Shown here in pieces: positions 1-13,900 of a DNA stretch of 64,000 bases. Location of the stretch: contig OX597816.1 in the NCBI GenBank assembly GCA_951406725.2, positions 153,822,001 to 153,886,000 on the forward strand. The letters run 5' to 3'. The stretch's first letter is position 1. Every line of letters begins with the position of its first letter. Under the pieces are notes generated by a model. The model had not been told where the DNA came from and searched no databases. It was given only the letters and a program-made list of their open reading frames with translations. The position numbers were made by a program, and so were the translations under genes. This DNA comes from Octopus vulgaris (lineage: Eukaryota).

Positions 1-681
1 TCTTCTTTTCTAAACTACAGGCATGCATATTTTCACAAACCCATCTGAGTCGGTTACGGAAAGGCATCAACAAAAAATAAACACAGATGCAGGTAAGGCT
101 GTATCATTAAGAAGTTCACTTTGCAACAAGACCCCAGGTGCGATCTCATGTCAAAGCATTTGAAGCAAGTGCTTTCTACAAGAGATTTAAATTGACCTGT
201 GCCTTTTGAGAGAAATTTGGTACACAGAAATAGTGTAGAAACCTGTCATGTATATATATCAAGATCATAATTTTAGTTAACTTTCCATGCTACCACAAGT
301 TAGATGATTTGACAGGATCCAAAGTGTTGGATAATCACAGTTGTGCTCCAGTTTCATAGCTTTGGCATGGTTTCTAGAGCTGGATGCCTTTCTTAACATC
401 AACTACTTTACAGAGTGTACTGGATGCTTTTACCATGGCACCAGCATTGTGTGTGTGTGTGTGCACGTGCATCATTCACTGACATATATGGAAAATGTAA
501 ACATCAGAGAAGAAACCAAAAACCTGATGCTTTTTCATTAAAATCCAGTGTGATATTTGTTCCAGCAAGTTAGATAATCCTTTGTTACTACCAACCACAG
601 AAATGTCATGAACCAGTGAATAACCCATTTGAAGCCTGTAGTCAATAACACTACTGTTCACCAATTCTGATAATTTTATTT

Positions 682-883
682 TTAATCCTTGTCAAATGTA
701 ATGCTTATTTTTTCGCATTGTTTTGAATTAATCATGCATTATCTCCGAAATTTTGATGATATAATTGTATATTTTTAGAATGACACTGCAGGGTAGATGT
801 GAGAAACCAGATCTGGCTGGTTTGAGCGTAAACAGGTAGAATATTTGGGTCAGATATGGCTGGTTTAAATGTTAAAAGGTTAA
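682..883. mobile_element. Possible TTAA-flanked (piggyBac-type) MITE
   Basis: ttaa-tcctt ... aaaagg-ttaa ends, about 200 bp. Single copy in the window. Confidence 0.4.
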
Positions 884-2094
884 ATAATTCCATGATTCTT
901 TGTTTTTGTTTTTCACTTCAAGTTTGCCATGTCTATCTGCATTGTACTATATTTAAAGAAATCTAAAGAAAGATTTACTTTCAACCTTGATCTACTCATC
1001 ATTAAAAAGAAAATATAAAAAAAAATTATTTGCTGAATCAATAATTTTTACATTTTCTTTTTTGTCGTGAAAGAGTCCCTATTTTAGTCCTTATGATCTT
1101 GTCAGGTCCTTCAAGACAGGTGATATTGATACAGTTCATGTCACTTCCAAGATGTGTAAGTCAATGTCTGCAGAATAATGTAGAGAGATGGGGAATTATA
1201 GATACTTAATGGTCTGGGGAAGAAGAATTAAAAGAAATAGTGAAGGGGTTGGAGAGATGATCCACAGTAAAAGTGCAACAGATGAGATAGTATGTTAGAT
1301 GGGAAGAGTATTAACTACATCAGAAGAGATGTGCCCATAGTAGTAGCAATAAAATAAATCAAAGAATAAAGGCTGTAAGAAAGTTATACTTGGATTCCTT
1401 AAAAATGACCTGAATGCATAACCAAAAAATAAGTACTTTCAATATCAGAATAACATGAAAAAGATTTCACAAATTTCACAATCAAATCTTTAGCTTGATC
1501 TAACATCAAAGATGTAGAATCAGAACAAATGACACTATGAAAACTGATGGGTAAAAATTTGGAGAAAAGAATAAAAGTGGGATTTCAAAATTGATAGTGG
1601 TTTAATTACTAAACATGGAAGTGAGTATTGTAAGAGAGCAGTATTAGTTACACCCGAGCATCAACTCATGGAGAAATGGGATCAGTAATCTTCTAGATGA
1701 GGGTGTCATCTCCTTTAAGAAATAATGATTCCTAGTTCAAATGCAATACACTATTATGTATTCATTCAGAAATAATCAGATTAAACCATGAATCAACTTT
1801 CACTTGTTTCCAAACAAGGTAATATTTTCCCCACAGTCCAAACATATTTTCATAAAAGACTGCAAAGAGTAACACTTGCATGATGGTGATGTTTGTTTCC
1901 TATCATACACTTACGCAGGGAGACACACACAATGTATCTCTCTTTATAGTTTCTGCCTATCCAATTCAATAACAACACTTGGTTGGTCTGTGGTTAGAGT
2001 TAAAGAAACTGAACTCAAAACCACATAGTCATAAAGTGAACTGCTCAACCACAAAGCTATGCCAGCAAATAAGCCATGTTATGTATGTATATAT

Positions 2095-2310
2095 CATCAC
2101 CATCATCATTCAATGTCTGCTTTCCATGCTGGCATGGGTTAGACAGCTTGGCTAGAACTGGCAAGCTGGAGAGTTGCACCAGGTTCCAATTGTCTGTTTT
2201 GGCTTGGTTTCTATAGATGAATGCCCTTCCTAACACCAATCACTTCACAGTGTGCTGAGTGCTTTTTATGTGGCACTAGTACAGGTGTGCTTTACATGGT
2301 ACTGGCACAG
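2095..2310 (-). repeat. Older RTE-tail copy; similar degenerate copies at about 280-445, 9270-9450, 22290-22600, 33610-33690, 51840-52000, 52320-52640, 53005-53058, 56790-57130 and 59570-59700
   Basis: Shared motifs tttccatgc..gcatggg, ggatgcccttcctaac.ccaaccactt and ATC/GAT tails. Confidence 0.75.
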
Positions 2311-2350
2311 GTGTTTATATACATAGTAGCATAATAAATGAGTGACTTAC

Positions 2351-2433
2351 TTGTATAAGGTTGTTTTGACTTGTTTAAATTCCTGTTCTGTCATTGGACA
2401 TGGTAATTTGGTTACATCAGGAATTGGTAAACT
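2351..2433 (-). CDS. AAK1: AAK1-like exon 9 (SLPIPDVTKLPCPMTEQEFKQVKTTLY-K), post-kinase linker; gene continues left of the window
   Basis: Acceptor ttcctttgtag and donor gtaagt. Open in phase 0; the Pro-rich start resembles the AAK1 post-kinase SPIP..LPEP segment. Confidence 0.8.
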
Positions 2434-3049
2434 CTACAAAGGAAAGTGAATAAGTAATCAAAATAAAATGCTTTTTTACAATCAGAAAACTACATAAAGT
2501 TAAAGATGTGTAACACTTGAATTCATCTTCACTTTATAATACACAGTCTTGATATAGAATGAAATTGGCAAGGCAAACTAAGTTCTCAATAAACAGGTAA
2601 AGCTAAATGAAAGCCCAGTGTAAGGTTTGTCATCCTTATATAACTTACATTTAACCTTGAGAGAAAAACAGTTTTTAGCTTTAAATAAATGGTACTTAGT
2701 TCTCAAAAGAGTAAGTCTGCAAGCTAAGTAGAATGTTTTATATAGTTATAAGGCTACATAAATTTTGCACATTGGTATTGTGGACCATATTTTTCACACT
2801 GTGCTTTGGTGTAAGGAGAATTTCTCTCTTATAATAAAATATCTAGAGCTGAGCACAGCTAGGTAAGTTACAGTATTTTAGGTAAGGTACAACAGAAAGA
2901 ATTTCTAGACACTGAACATTAAAAGCCTCAAATTTCAAGGTTAGGTAATATTAAACCATAACACTCTAGTATTGTCAATTAAGTGAACTTGCTTTCACCA
3001 GGAATCAGATCCATATCCTCATCTTGCTAAGAACTCTTTTTGATACCTA

Positions 3050-3678
3050 TCTGAGGGGAAGTCAAAAATTATCTGCACTTTCACCACAACATATCTTTAT
3101 TATTGTCACGCTGCCTTCTGCACATGTTTGCTTATAGCTGACACAATTATGGTTACATGATCAAAGTTTTAGCTTGATCACTCCATTTTTCTTTCTGGCT
3201 TTACAGTGTAATCAAGGCCACTCCACTAGCAATATGCAGCAAAATGATCCAAGAGATGATAATGGTGAATCGGTTCTCCATTACCATCTCTCAAGCTTGC
3301 TGAATCTTCTCATCAGTAGTAGAGGTTGACAGGCACCTTGCTTCCTTTTCATGCATCATGATTGTCCGGCTGCTTTTAAACTTCTTGATCCACTCTAACA
3401 CACTTCTACATGGTAGTGCACTGTCTCTGTATTGTGCTAAAAGCTTCCAATGAATTTCAGCACCTGACACACTTTCCAACAACTGCTCTTTGTTCTTCTT
3501 TTGTGCACATTGCCAGTGGAGTGGCATTGCTTACATTGTAAAGCCAGAAAGAAAAATGGCATGATCAGGCTCAAACTTCGATCACCTTACCATAATAGAA
3601 GCATGCACAGAAGGCAATGTGATAATAATAAAGATATGTTATGGCAAAAGTGTAGATAATTTTTAACTTCTCCTCATA
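3050..3678 (-). mobile_element. Internally deleted mariner derivative with long (>140 bp) inverted termini
   Basis: 3052-3205 and 3535-3676 are imperfect reverse complements. The interior encodes an HTH remnant GAEIHWKLLAQYRDSALPCRSVLEWIKKFKSSRT. Confidence 0.85.
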
Positions 3679-3683
3679 TAATA

Positions 3684-3900
3684 TTGGTTTCAAATTTTGG
3701 CTCAAGGCCAGTAATTTGAGGGGAGGGTGGTAAGTTGATTAAATTGAGCCCAGTGTTCAACTGGTACTTACTTTATCAATCCTGAAAGAGTTGGAAAGCA
3801 AAGTCAACCTCAGAGGAATTTGAACTCAGAACATGAAGATGGACTTAATGGTGTTAAGCATTTTGCTCAGCATGCTAACAATTCTACCAGCTCACCACCC
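3684..3900 (-). repeat. Third SINE-like family; relatives at about 27480-27570, 28830-28950, 34310-34460, 35450-35559, 39240-39380 and 39860-39950
   Basis: Recurrent core gagttcaaattcc...gttgactttgc.tttcatcc...gataaa.taagtaccagt in both orientations. Confidence 0.65.
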
Positions 3901-4638
3901 TATACTTATCTGTATTTATAATATTAATAGTACGAAATCTAGGCATAGGCTTGGCTATATAGGCATAGTTAAGTCCATTTCCAAAGCACATGATTTCAAA
4001 TTCAATCCCATTGCATGGCATCTTAGGCCATAGGCCAACCAAGGCTTTAGGAGTGGATTTGATAGATAGAAATTAAAAGAAGCTTGTTGTGTATATATGT
4101 ATATGTGTATATATGTATATGTGTGTATCTCCTGGTCTTGATTTCATGTGATACTTGTAAACAAGCATCACTGTCATACTGGTAGTGCCATTGTTTTCCA
4201 ATCTTCTGTGAAAACGCATTCAGCTATAGGGAAATATTACCTTGATTAAAAAAAAGGCAATGATTGACAACAGGAAAGGCATGCAACCATACAAATTATG
4301 CCTAAACAAATTCTGCTTGACCCATGCAAGCATGGAAGAGTGAGTGTTGAAAATAAAATGAAAAACAAAAGGACCTATAATATCCTTTTGCAAAGAAATC
4401 TTTCTGCTATTCCACCACCTTAATAATAACCATAATACTAACAATAATAAAAATAATTATTTATTAATCACAAATGCCCAAAGATTGAGGTCAGACAAGG
4501 ATGAAACACAAAAAAAAACCATATGGATTAAACTGAGTAAAAAGGAGACAAAAACTAAGACCAACAACTTATCATCTATGTCTAGGAAAATCATACCACA
4601 TGATCCAAAAGAATTTTAAGGGATAGAATAAGTCTCAA

Positions 4639-5202
4639 ACCCCTATCTTGCCCAGGATATTAATCGTCTGGAAACCGTTTAGCAACGTGCAACCAAGTGA
4701 ATACCCTCCATCAGGCATTTGCCATATTATGAATGCCTAACTTCCCTGGGCATGGATACATTGAAACTCCAACATCTGACAGCTGACTTTGCAGACACCC
4801 ATAAAATTATTAACCATCTTACAAACAATAATCTAAGTACCTTTTCAAACTCCATCTGTCTAACACCCGTGGACATGTTTACAAAGTCAGAAAACAGCAC
4901 AGCTCCCATCACTTTCGGAAACATTTTTTCACACTAAGAGTTGCTGAAGTATGGAACAAACTGCCAGCATCAATTGTTAGTTGTCGGAGCATTGCATCCT
5001 TCAAAACTTCCATGCTTCCTGAGATTTGCCAACACTACACCTGATTTTCTCTCCTCCATACACACGCAAGCATGTATCTGACTCATACACTGTTCACTTT
5101 CCAGACATTTGTACATTACTGCATATGCTTTATACGCACTTTTAACAAGTTGTGGTGCACCTGAGCACTGTATACAATAATTTCATTATTATTATTATTA
5201 TT
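4639..5202 (+). mobile_element. CR1/L2-type LINE 3' end with (ATT)n tail
   Basis: PYLAQDINRLETV*QRATK*IPSIRHLPYYECL matches the CR1 ORF2 C-terminal motif; RVAEVWNKLP; tail attattattattatt. Confidence 0.82.
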
Positions 5203-5663
5203 TCTACATCTTCTTGTCATTACTTTCCACCATTAACTTACTGTAACCATTACAGGGCTATAAAATGGTTAACAATAGAAAATATCTGCAACTGAGAGAG
5301 GCTAAACAAGACATGGCTGGAGAAAAGCAAAAAAGTGAAAACTAGAGTTAAAGTAATAAACACTTGGAGAAATTTAGTTAAATCCACGAAATGATTGAAA
5401 ATATTGAGGAACATTGTATAGACAAGAAAGGAAAACAGAAAAAACATGACAAATGAAAGAAATAATCTGCTAAAAATAACATTCAAATCTCACTCAAATT
5501 ACATTCATTCTATCTTAAATAAAGTAGGCATTGTACAATGTAATTCTTGACTATAAAGATGGGATGGTCACAACTGGAATACATTTGATTATTAGCTTGC
5601 TTGATCAGAGTTGACAAAGGGTTAAACAACAAGAAGCAAACAATAATAGTAGTGTTAGCATCA

Positions 5664-5840
<177 letters not shown>

Positions 5841-5877
5841 TTAAATAACATGAAAATATTGTACTGATGCACTTTTG

Positions 5878-6860
5878 TACAGGGACTTGCAGATAAATTC
5901 AGACCAATTTTAAGCAGTTGACTTAGTGGGTTTAACATTTCATTTTTTGACAAAACCTTGCTTGCTTGAAAATCTAACCCTCCTCTTTATTTTTCACATA
6001 AATAGCGAATGATTCAACAACCGAAAGTTATGGAACAACAGAATCGTTCCATCATTGTTGTTTTGGTGTGCACAGAGCACACTGCCCACAAAATTGTTAA
6101 GTTGACAGAACTTCCAAAAGCAACAGGTTATTGTGTGTATAAACAATTTAAAGAAGAAGGAAAGATTGATAGAAAAGAACATGACTCGAAGTGATTCCAA
6201 AAGCAATCCAAAGTTTCTTGCTGGCTGCAAATGCTTGAGTGAAGCCAACCCATCCACATCCATGACAACTCTTGCAAAAAAATGCAATGTGTCCCTTTCT
6301 ACAGTGTCCAGAACTGCAAACAGGAACTTTGGCATGACTAGCTATGTTCAGCAATGTTGTCACCTAACAGCCAAGGCTAAAGCAATCAGAACTGAGAGAT
6401 GCCCAAAGCTTCTGTCATTCATCAATCATCAAGATGCAGAAAAAATTCTCATGTTTGTGGACAAGAAGTTCAAAGAAGACACTGAGGTGAATCGATCGCA
6501 GAAATTCTCGAGTGATTGGCATGGGTCAAAAGCAACACAGGCCTTCCTTGGTGAGAAGGTGCCATTTTTTGTGAGAGCCAACATCTGGTTCAGTAATAGC
6601 CTAGATCTCAACATTTTTGATTATATCTTATGAGGCATATTTCAAGCAAGGACCAATGCTTTACCACACTCGAATGTCAACAGTTTGAAGACTGCACCGT
6701 GTCTGTGACACACAAAATCAAAAAATCAGAGGTTGAGGTTGTTACAAAAAAAATTTCGTCCTTATGTAGAGGCAGTAATTTCCCAAAAGGGCAGCCACAT
6801 TGAGTAATAAATGTTTTTGTTGTAATAAATGTTACATTCAAACTATATTTGTCTACAACT
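5878..6860 (+). mobile_element. Decayed Tc1/mariner-superfamily transposon
   Basis: TA|CAGGG left end. Broken ORFs 6009-6194 and 6133-6633 contain an HTH (SMTTLAKKCNVSLSTVSR) and WFSNSLDLNIFDY (degenerate WPPNSPDLNPLDY). Confidence 0.8.
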
Positions 6861-7194
6861 AAGTTCAGTCTTTTATAAAAATCACCAAGGGCTGCTTACT
6901 TCTCACTTTCAAGCTTCCAGTATAATATATTAATAGGTAGTACCTTACTGGTAATACTTCATAACTGCATACAAAATGGATACCATAATATTCGCCAGAT
7001 GCAAAAACAAAACCTGTGGAGAGTAATCTCTCACACCACTGTTTATTGAGTGGCACTACTCTAATTGAGTACTGACCATTTGATTTAAATGTCTCAAACA
7101 GTTTATGGTAAGAGACTCAAGACAGTACTAGTTTTTATGAATATTTTATACTACAATATATTTCCCTTGGACTAAACAAAGTTATGAACTGGAG

Positions 7195-7600
7195 ATCATC
7201 ATCATCATCATCATCATCATTTAACGTCCGCTTTCCATGCTAGCATGGGTTGGACGGTTCAACTGGGGTCTGGGGAGCCCGAAAGCTGCACCAGTCCAGT
7301 CAGATCTGGCAGTGTTTCTACAGCTGGATGCCCTTCCTAACGCCAACCACTCCGAGAGTGTAGTGGGTGATTTTATGTGCCACCGACACAGTGCCAGACG
7401 AGGCTGGCAAACGGCCACGCTCGGATGGTGTTTTTTACCACAAGCGGTACTGACTACGGCCACGTTCAGATGGATTCTTGTGTGTCACCACCTCGTCCCA
7501 GGTTTTCCTGGGTCTACCTCTTCCACAGGTTCCCTCAACTGCTAGGGTGTAGCACTTTTGCACACAACTATCTTCAGCCATTCTCGTCACATGACCATAC
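7195..7600 (-). mobile_element. RTE LINE 3' fragment (ORF C-terminus joined to the 3' tail, with internal deletion) with (GAT)n tail
   Basis: About 7485-7600 is the reverse complement of LINE 13625-13740. The rest is the common tail, ending in (ATC)n on the plus strand. Confidence 0.88.
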
Positions 7601-10600
7601 ACATCCATACAAAAACTATTTTCTTAGTTAGCCTTCCTTTGACATTGCTGCACCTCTTATGTGTCCATAGCTTACACTTGGTATGTTTGAAAATATTTGC
7701 CTGTGTCTAATTAATGTAACAATGTATTTAAGAAAAAGTAAAGAAGGAAAAAGTTAAAATGAAGTATGACATATTAAGGCAAAAGTAAAAACTATTAAGG
7801 TGAAAGAAACCTCACTTAGATAGCAAAGAAATTACAATTGATTTTATAGTAGAGGTGTTAACGACAAACAATTATATGAGTGCATAAGCGTTCTTGGTAA
7901 ATAGATATGTGTTAACCCACAAAGTTATATGGTTATGTATTTTTGCAGCAGATATATCTTTTCTTTTTATATATTTTCTTAACACAGACATTACCTTCAA
8001 ACATACATTGAGTTATGTCCCTTATGATCTGACCTAGTCCTGCTTAACTGGAAGTAACTATCATCATTTCAAATCATTTCCATAAACAGTACTGTAAACT
8101 ATTTTCTTCAGGCTTTTTCCCATCTGGTGAGCCTGTTGTGTAATATAAATTTGCATGTACAAATTATAACCCGTAAAGCACTATATTTTCATAAATATTT
8201 AGCTCTATTGTATGTATACTGAGTACTGTGGTATCAACAATCTATATATAGTAGATTTACTCATTATCCAACTACCTTGTTTATTAATCAGACAACAACT
8301 AGACCACAGATACTGCAGTTGAGTGCAGGATGCAAACACTGCAGCAGAATGATCAACAGCTTAACAAAAAGAACAGGTGACCTTTTTTCTGCAGCAAGTT
8401 ATTACATTCAGAAATGCAAGTTAGGGAATTTAAAACATGAGGTGAACTTAATTATACATCACACAACATATGACATAATTCATTTTCTTTATTAGATAAA
8501 CTTGCAATGAAAATTTGTTTTTTGTTAAGAACAAAAGTTAATGAAAGCACATGATCAGGAACTGGACAATTGTAATTTTGAATTTCCTATCTACAGTATA
8601 GCTGAGTCACATGTTCTCTAATTCATACATATGCACCTGATAAACTCTGTCATAGACAGAACATGATGGTATTATTTTGACAAGATTAACAAGTAGTCTG
8701 ACTAACACATGGCTGAGTGGTTATTAATAGGAAGAGCATTCAGTCATAAAATTATTCGTTCCAACTGATATAAATAACAATCCCTCCCATTAGTAGTATG
8801 GGAAAAAAATGTAACTAGACATTAAAAATCACAAGCCATCAAATAAACAACTAAACTAATTCACTTCCTGCACACAGAATAATAATTATATAACTGACTT
8901 ATTAATGGTTAATTATCTAATGTACGCGAGTTCTGATCCAAGTATTCCTTCTTTCATTCATAACATTACTGATATGAATCTGCTGAAACTCAAATAGCTT
9001 GAGTTCAAATTCATATTACATCTTCCTCTGCATATTTTACATTACATTTAATGAATATTACCATCATTGTTTATAGGTTTTCAATGGATGTGTCACTGTT
9101 TTACAACAATTACAATTGGAGGAGTAGGATAACAAGAGAGTGTCTGTACAACTCAGCTAGAACCAATACTCTAAGTTATTTTTTTCAAAATCTTCACTTT
9201 ATATGTTTTCACAACAATGTGTACATCTTTTACATTGATGAAAGTCACACACACACACACACCCCACCATCATCATCATCATCATGTTACATTTGTATTC
9301 CATACTAGCAAAATTGCATGGATTGTCACAGTCTGGAGCACTACAGCTTGCTTATATGTCCCATTTTTAACATAACTTCTACTGTTGAATGCCCTTCCTA
9401 ACACCAACCATTTTACAACTGTACTGGGTATATTTTATCACAAAGCCAACACTATAGAGTGTCAGTCCTCAGACATACTAGAGTCCTCTCAACTCTACAT
9501 TGTCACCATTCTTCACTAACCACTTGAGAGTGTACACTGAGTGCATTTTATCAGAGTATCAGTACTGGAATGGTTTCTTTGTGCCCTGTAAGACTAAAGA
9601 GTCTTTGCTACTCAGTATGTTTATTCATTTAAGGTAGCATAACGAAGCGGGTGAATTAAAGAGTGACATAAAATCAGGTGAGTGGATGAAAGAAGTGAGA
9701 ATATTGCAGGAGAAATAATGATTAGAGTAAGAGGATGTTAGAAGAGGAAGAAATGGAAGAGAGTGACAGTAGCTACAGATTGCAGATTGCAACTATGTAA
9801 TATCAAAACAAGGAAACACAAATACCCTGCCCCACATTATGTTGATTCATTCAGATAATCTCTATTTCTCTGTCTTTGATTTGTAATTGATTGCATAGTA
9901 GACAGCTTCAATAAACAAGTTCTTTAGAATGGAGGTGTTCAAGTCCTTGATACCTAGCTACAAAAATTTGCAGCTGAATTTGTCTCAAATGGACTAGAGA
10001 TAATTTTGTCCATTACTGTTTACTAATCATTCTTATATCTATGTTGAGTTCATGAGAGATGACAGGTTTATTAATACCAACAATTGTTGATCCTTAAATG
10101 GTCACCTGGGTGTGAGTAGTTTCATTCTCTCATCTATATAAATATCCATACACACACACTCAACAAGCTGCTGTACAATTTCTGCCAACCATATTCTATT
10201 TAGAAGTCTCAGGTCAACCAGAGGTTGTCACTGGAGACACTTTACCAAGGTACAACACTGTGACTGAATCCACAAAATTTTTACAAAGCAAACTTTTCAA
10301 CAATTTTAGCAGAAATCCTAATTCTCTACTAACCTAGTTGTTAGAAATAGCAATTAGACCATGTGGAAATGTTTTCCAAGATAGAATGATGCCCTATCAA
10401 GGGGATACTTTTTGTCATATGCTTAATGATATGCCCAATATTAAAGCTAAGCACTAGCTATCAATAACACCTTAGAGTTTTAGGAAAATTTTTCCCTTCC
10501 GGTTCACATCTCTTTTTCTATGCTTTCATGAATAGGAAGATTTTAAGTAAACAATTTACTGCTGAAAACACATTCCACAATTAACCCACTCAAAAAACTA

Positions 10601-10983
10601 AAAGTGTTAACCTGCAGATCTGAATGAATCAACATGATGAATCTTGCATAGGATTTAATACAATAGCTTTAGTAAAATTGCAAATTATGACTACGTGATC
10701 AGCATAGTGTAGCAGCTTAACATCACAGTCATTATACCATATATGTTTATTTTTACATACAACATTGGCTGTTGCAGAAGTCTCACCTTCCTACTTGTCT
10801 ATCCATTGTCTGCTTCCCATATTACAGTAAGTCTTGTCTAATTTTTAGCATGATGTCCAGTAAGTTTCTTATTGTAGGTCAATAAGTATCCATGTTCAAT
10901 AGAAAACGTGTGATAAAACAGTAAATGATTTACCAAAGACTTGATAACAGTGATATATAAAAAAGAAAATTATGTTTACTACA

Positions 10984-13900
10984 TACTGACAGGGTTGGAG
11001 GCGTGGGTATACTTATCGCTGAGAAATGGGTAGATAAAGTAATTGAGGTAATCAGAGTATGTGACAGAATACTTAAGATTAGATTAGTGCTTCATCATAG
11101 ATTAGCAACCATTATATCGGCCTATGCCCCTCAGCCAGGGCTACCCGATGGACAGAAAGACAGTTTCTATGATACCCTACTGCATACCACCTCATTGACA
11201 AATGACAGGGACCTTCTCTTTGTGGCTGGTGATTCAATGGGCATGTTGGACGACATGCTGGGGGCTTCCATGGTGTACATGGAGGCTACAGTTATGGTTC
11301 CCGCAACAAGGAGAGAACCAGGCTGCTGGAGTTCTGCGATGCGAATAGTCTTATGGTTTGCAACACTAACTTCAGGAAACCGACAAGCCACCTGGTCACT
11401 TACTGATCGGGCCGGCATACTAGCCAAATCGACTACATCCTTGCCAGAAAAAGGGAAAGATGGCTGCTTATAAATGCCAAAACCTTCCCAGGTGAAGAAT
11501 GCACCCCACAACATAGACTGGTAGTTAGTGACTTTAGGATCAGGACTAAGAGGACGACTAGAAGATGACCAACATGGAGAAGAAGGGTCTGGAAGCTTAA
11601 AGACCCTGCGAATGGACAGAGATTTAGAGACATGTTACTTGAAGCCTTTGACAAAATAGAAAGGGGTATAGCTACACATGGGGTAGAAGACAACTGGACG
11701 CTTCTGAGGGACAACCTGCTGAAAGCCACTGACCAGATCTGTGGCTGGTGCAAAGTCCCCCTCAAGACCCAAAATAACGTGGTGGTGGAACAATATTGTT
11801 GACAGGGCTATTAGACAAAAGAAACAGGCTTGGAAGGACTGGAAGAACGGTGGTAGCAGGGAAGTGTATCAGACTGCCAGAAGGGAAGCTAGGAGGCAGG
11901 TGTATTTAGCCAGAGGGGAAGCAGATAAGAAAAAATTTGCCAATGTTCTGCGCCGTGAGGATGAAAGACTTGAGGTATTTCATGGTGCAAGACAGTGTGT
12001 GAGAGAGAATCGTGACGTGGTAGGAGAGAAATGTGTTCGCAAGGATGACGGTTCACTTGCGCTAAATGAGGATGCAAAGAGAGGTTTGGAGACGCCACTA
12101 TGAAAGGTTGCTGAATGAGGAAAATGAATGGGATAAAGAGAGTCTGCCGAATGTCGACCCAACGGAGGGACCAGCAATCCGAGTTGACAGTTCCTTAGTA
12201 TTTAAGGCAATTACAAGCATGAAAACAGAGAAAGCCCCAGGCCCATCAGGAATTACTGCAGAGATGCTCAAAATATCTGGCAGTGTCGGCTATAACCTAG
12301 TCACCCGTATAGTCAACCAGGTGATACACGAAGGAGTCATACCCAATGACTGGTGTAGCAGCATACTAGTCAACTGCTACAAAGGTAAAGGTGACGCCCT
12401 AGATACAAATAACTACAGGGGTATCAAGCTGCTGGATCAGGTAATGAAGGTTATGGAGAAGGTTATAGCCCAACTCATTAGAGAGAGAGTTAGCTTAGAT
12501 CAGATCCAGTTTGGGTTCGTGCCAGGGAAAAGTACTACTGATGCTATATTGCTGGTAAGACAGCTGCAGGAGAAATACCTAGCCAAAGATAAGCCCCTGT
12601 ACCTGGCTTTTGTTGACATGGAGAAAGCCTTCGACAGGGTCCCCCGATCCCTTATCTGGTGGTCAATGAGGAAACTAGGGATAGATGAATGGTTAGTGAG
12701 AGCTGTGCGAGTCATGTACAGAGACGCTGCTAATAAGAAGAGGGTTGGCAACGAGTACAGTGAAGAATTCCGGGTAAAGGTTGGGGTCCACCAAGGTTTA
12801 GTCTTCAGTTCCCTCCTATTTATCATAGTCCTCCAGGCAATAACGGAGGGATTCAAGACAGGATGCCCTTGGAAGCTCCTCTATGCTGATGACCTTGCTC
12901 TAATTGCTGAGTCACTATCAGAACTGGAGGAGAAGTTTCAGGTGTGGAAGCAAGGATTAGAATCGAAGGGCCTTAGAATCAACCTAGCCAAAACCAAAGT
13001 CCTAATAAGCAGGAAGGTAGACCAATCACAAACGACTTCAGGTAGATGGCCCTGCTCGATCTGTAAAAAAGGTGTAGGTAGAAACTCTATAAGGTGCACC
13101 AAGTGTAAGCTATGGACACATAAGAGGTGCAGCAATGTCAAAGGAAGGCTAACTAGGAAAATAGTTTTTGTCTGTGGCAGATGCTCAGGAGCAATAAACA
13201 CTGGAAATATGCAGAGACCAACTTCTACCACGTTCCAGGGAGACAAACTAGAAGTAGTTGATAGCTTCTGCTACCTAGGTGACCAAGTCAGTAGCGGGGG
13301 TGGGTGTGCTGAAAGTGTAACTGCTAGAGTAAGAATAGCCTGGGCAAAGTTTAGAGAGCTCTTATCCCTGCTGGTGACAAAAGGCCTCTCGCTCAGAGTA
13401 AAAGGCAGACTGTATGATGCATGTGTACGTACAGCCATGCTACATGGTAGTGAAACATGGGCCGTGACTGCTGAGGATATGCGTAAGCTCGTAAGAAATG
13501 AAGCCAGTATGCTCCGATGGATGTGTAATGTCAGTGTTCATAATCGACAGAGTGTAAGTACCTTGAGAGAAAAGTTGGACCTAAGAAGTATCAGTTGTGG
13601 TGTGCAAGAGAGACGTTTGCGCTGGTATGGTCATGTGACGAGAATGGCTGAAGATAGTTGTGTGCAAAAGTGCCACACCCTAGCAGTTGAGAGAACCTGT
13701 GGAAGATGTAGACCCAGGAAAACCTGGGACGAGGTGGTGAAGCACAACCTTCGCACTTTAGGTCTCACTGAGGAAATGACTAGAGACAGAGACCTATGGA
13801 AGTATGCTGTGCGTGAGAAGACCCGGCAAGACTAGTGAGACCATAACCCGTGGCCTCTACCTGGTATGTAGCCAGTCGACTTATACATACCTATCCTTCT

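Noticed and set aside
1100-1790. Possible minus-strand LINE remnants (also about 16140-16750) and a plus-strand APE-like snippet DKLNAVSDDLQKFRLDI near 43548-43598
   Set aside because: Too decayed to assign a family or boundaries without an HMM search.
12066-13835. Active or domesticated 589-aa RT gene
   Set aside because: The ORF start arises from a frameshift. The upstream endonuclease region has frameshifts, a stop and a 5' truncation.
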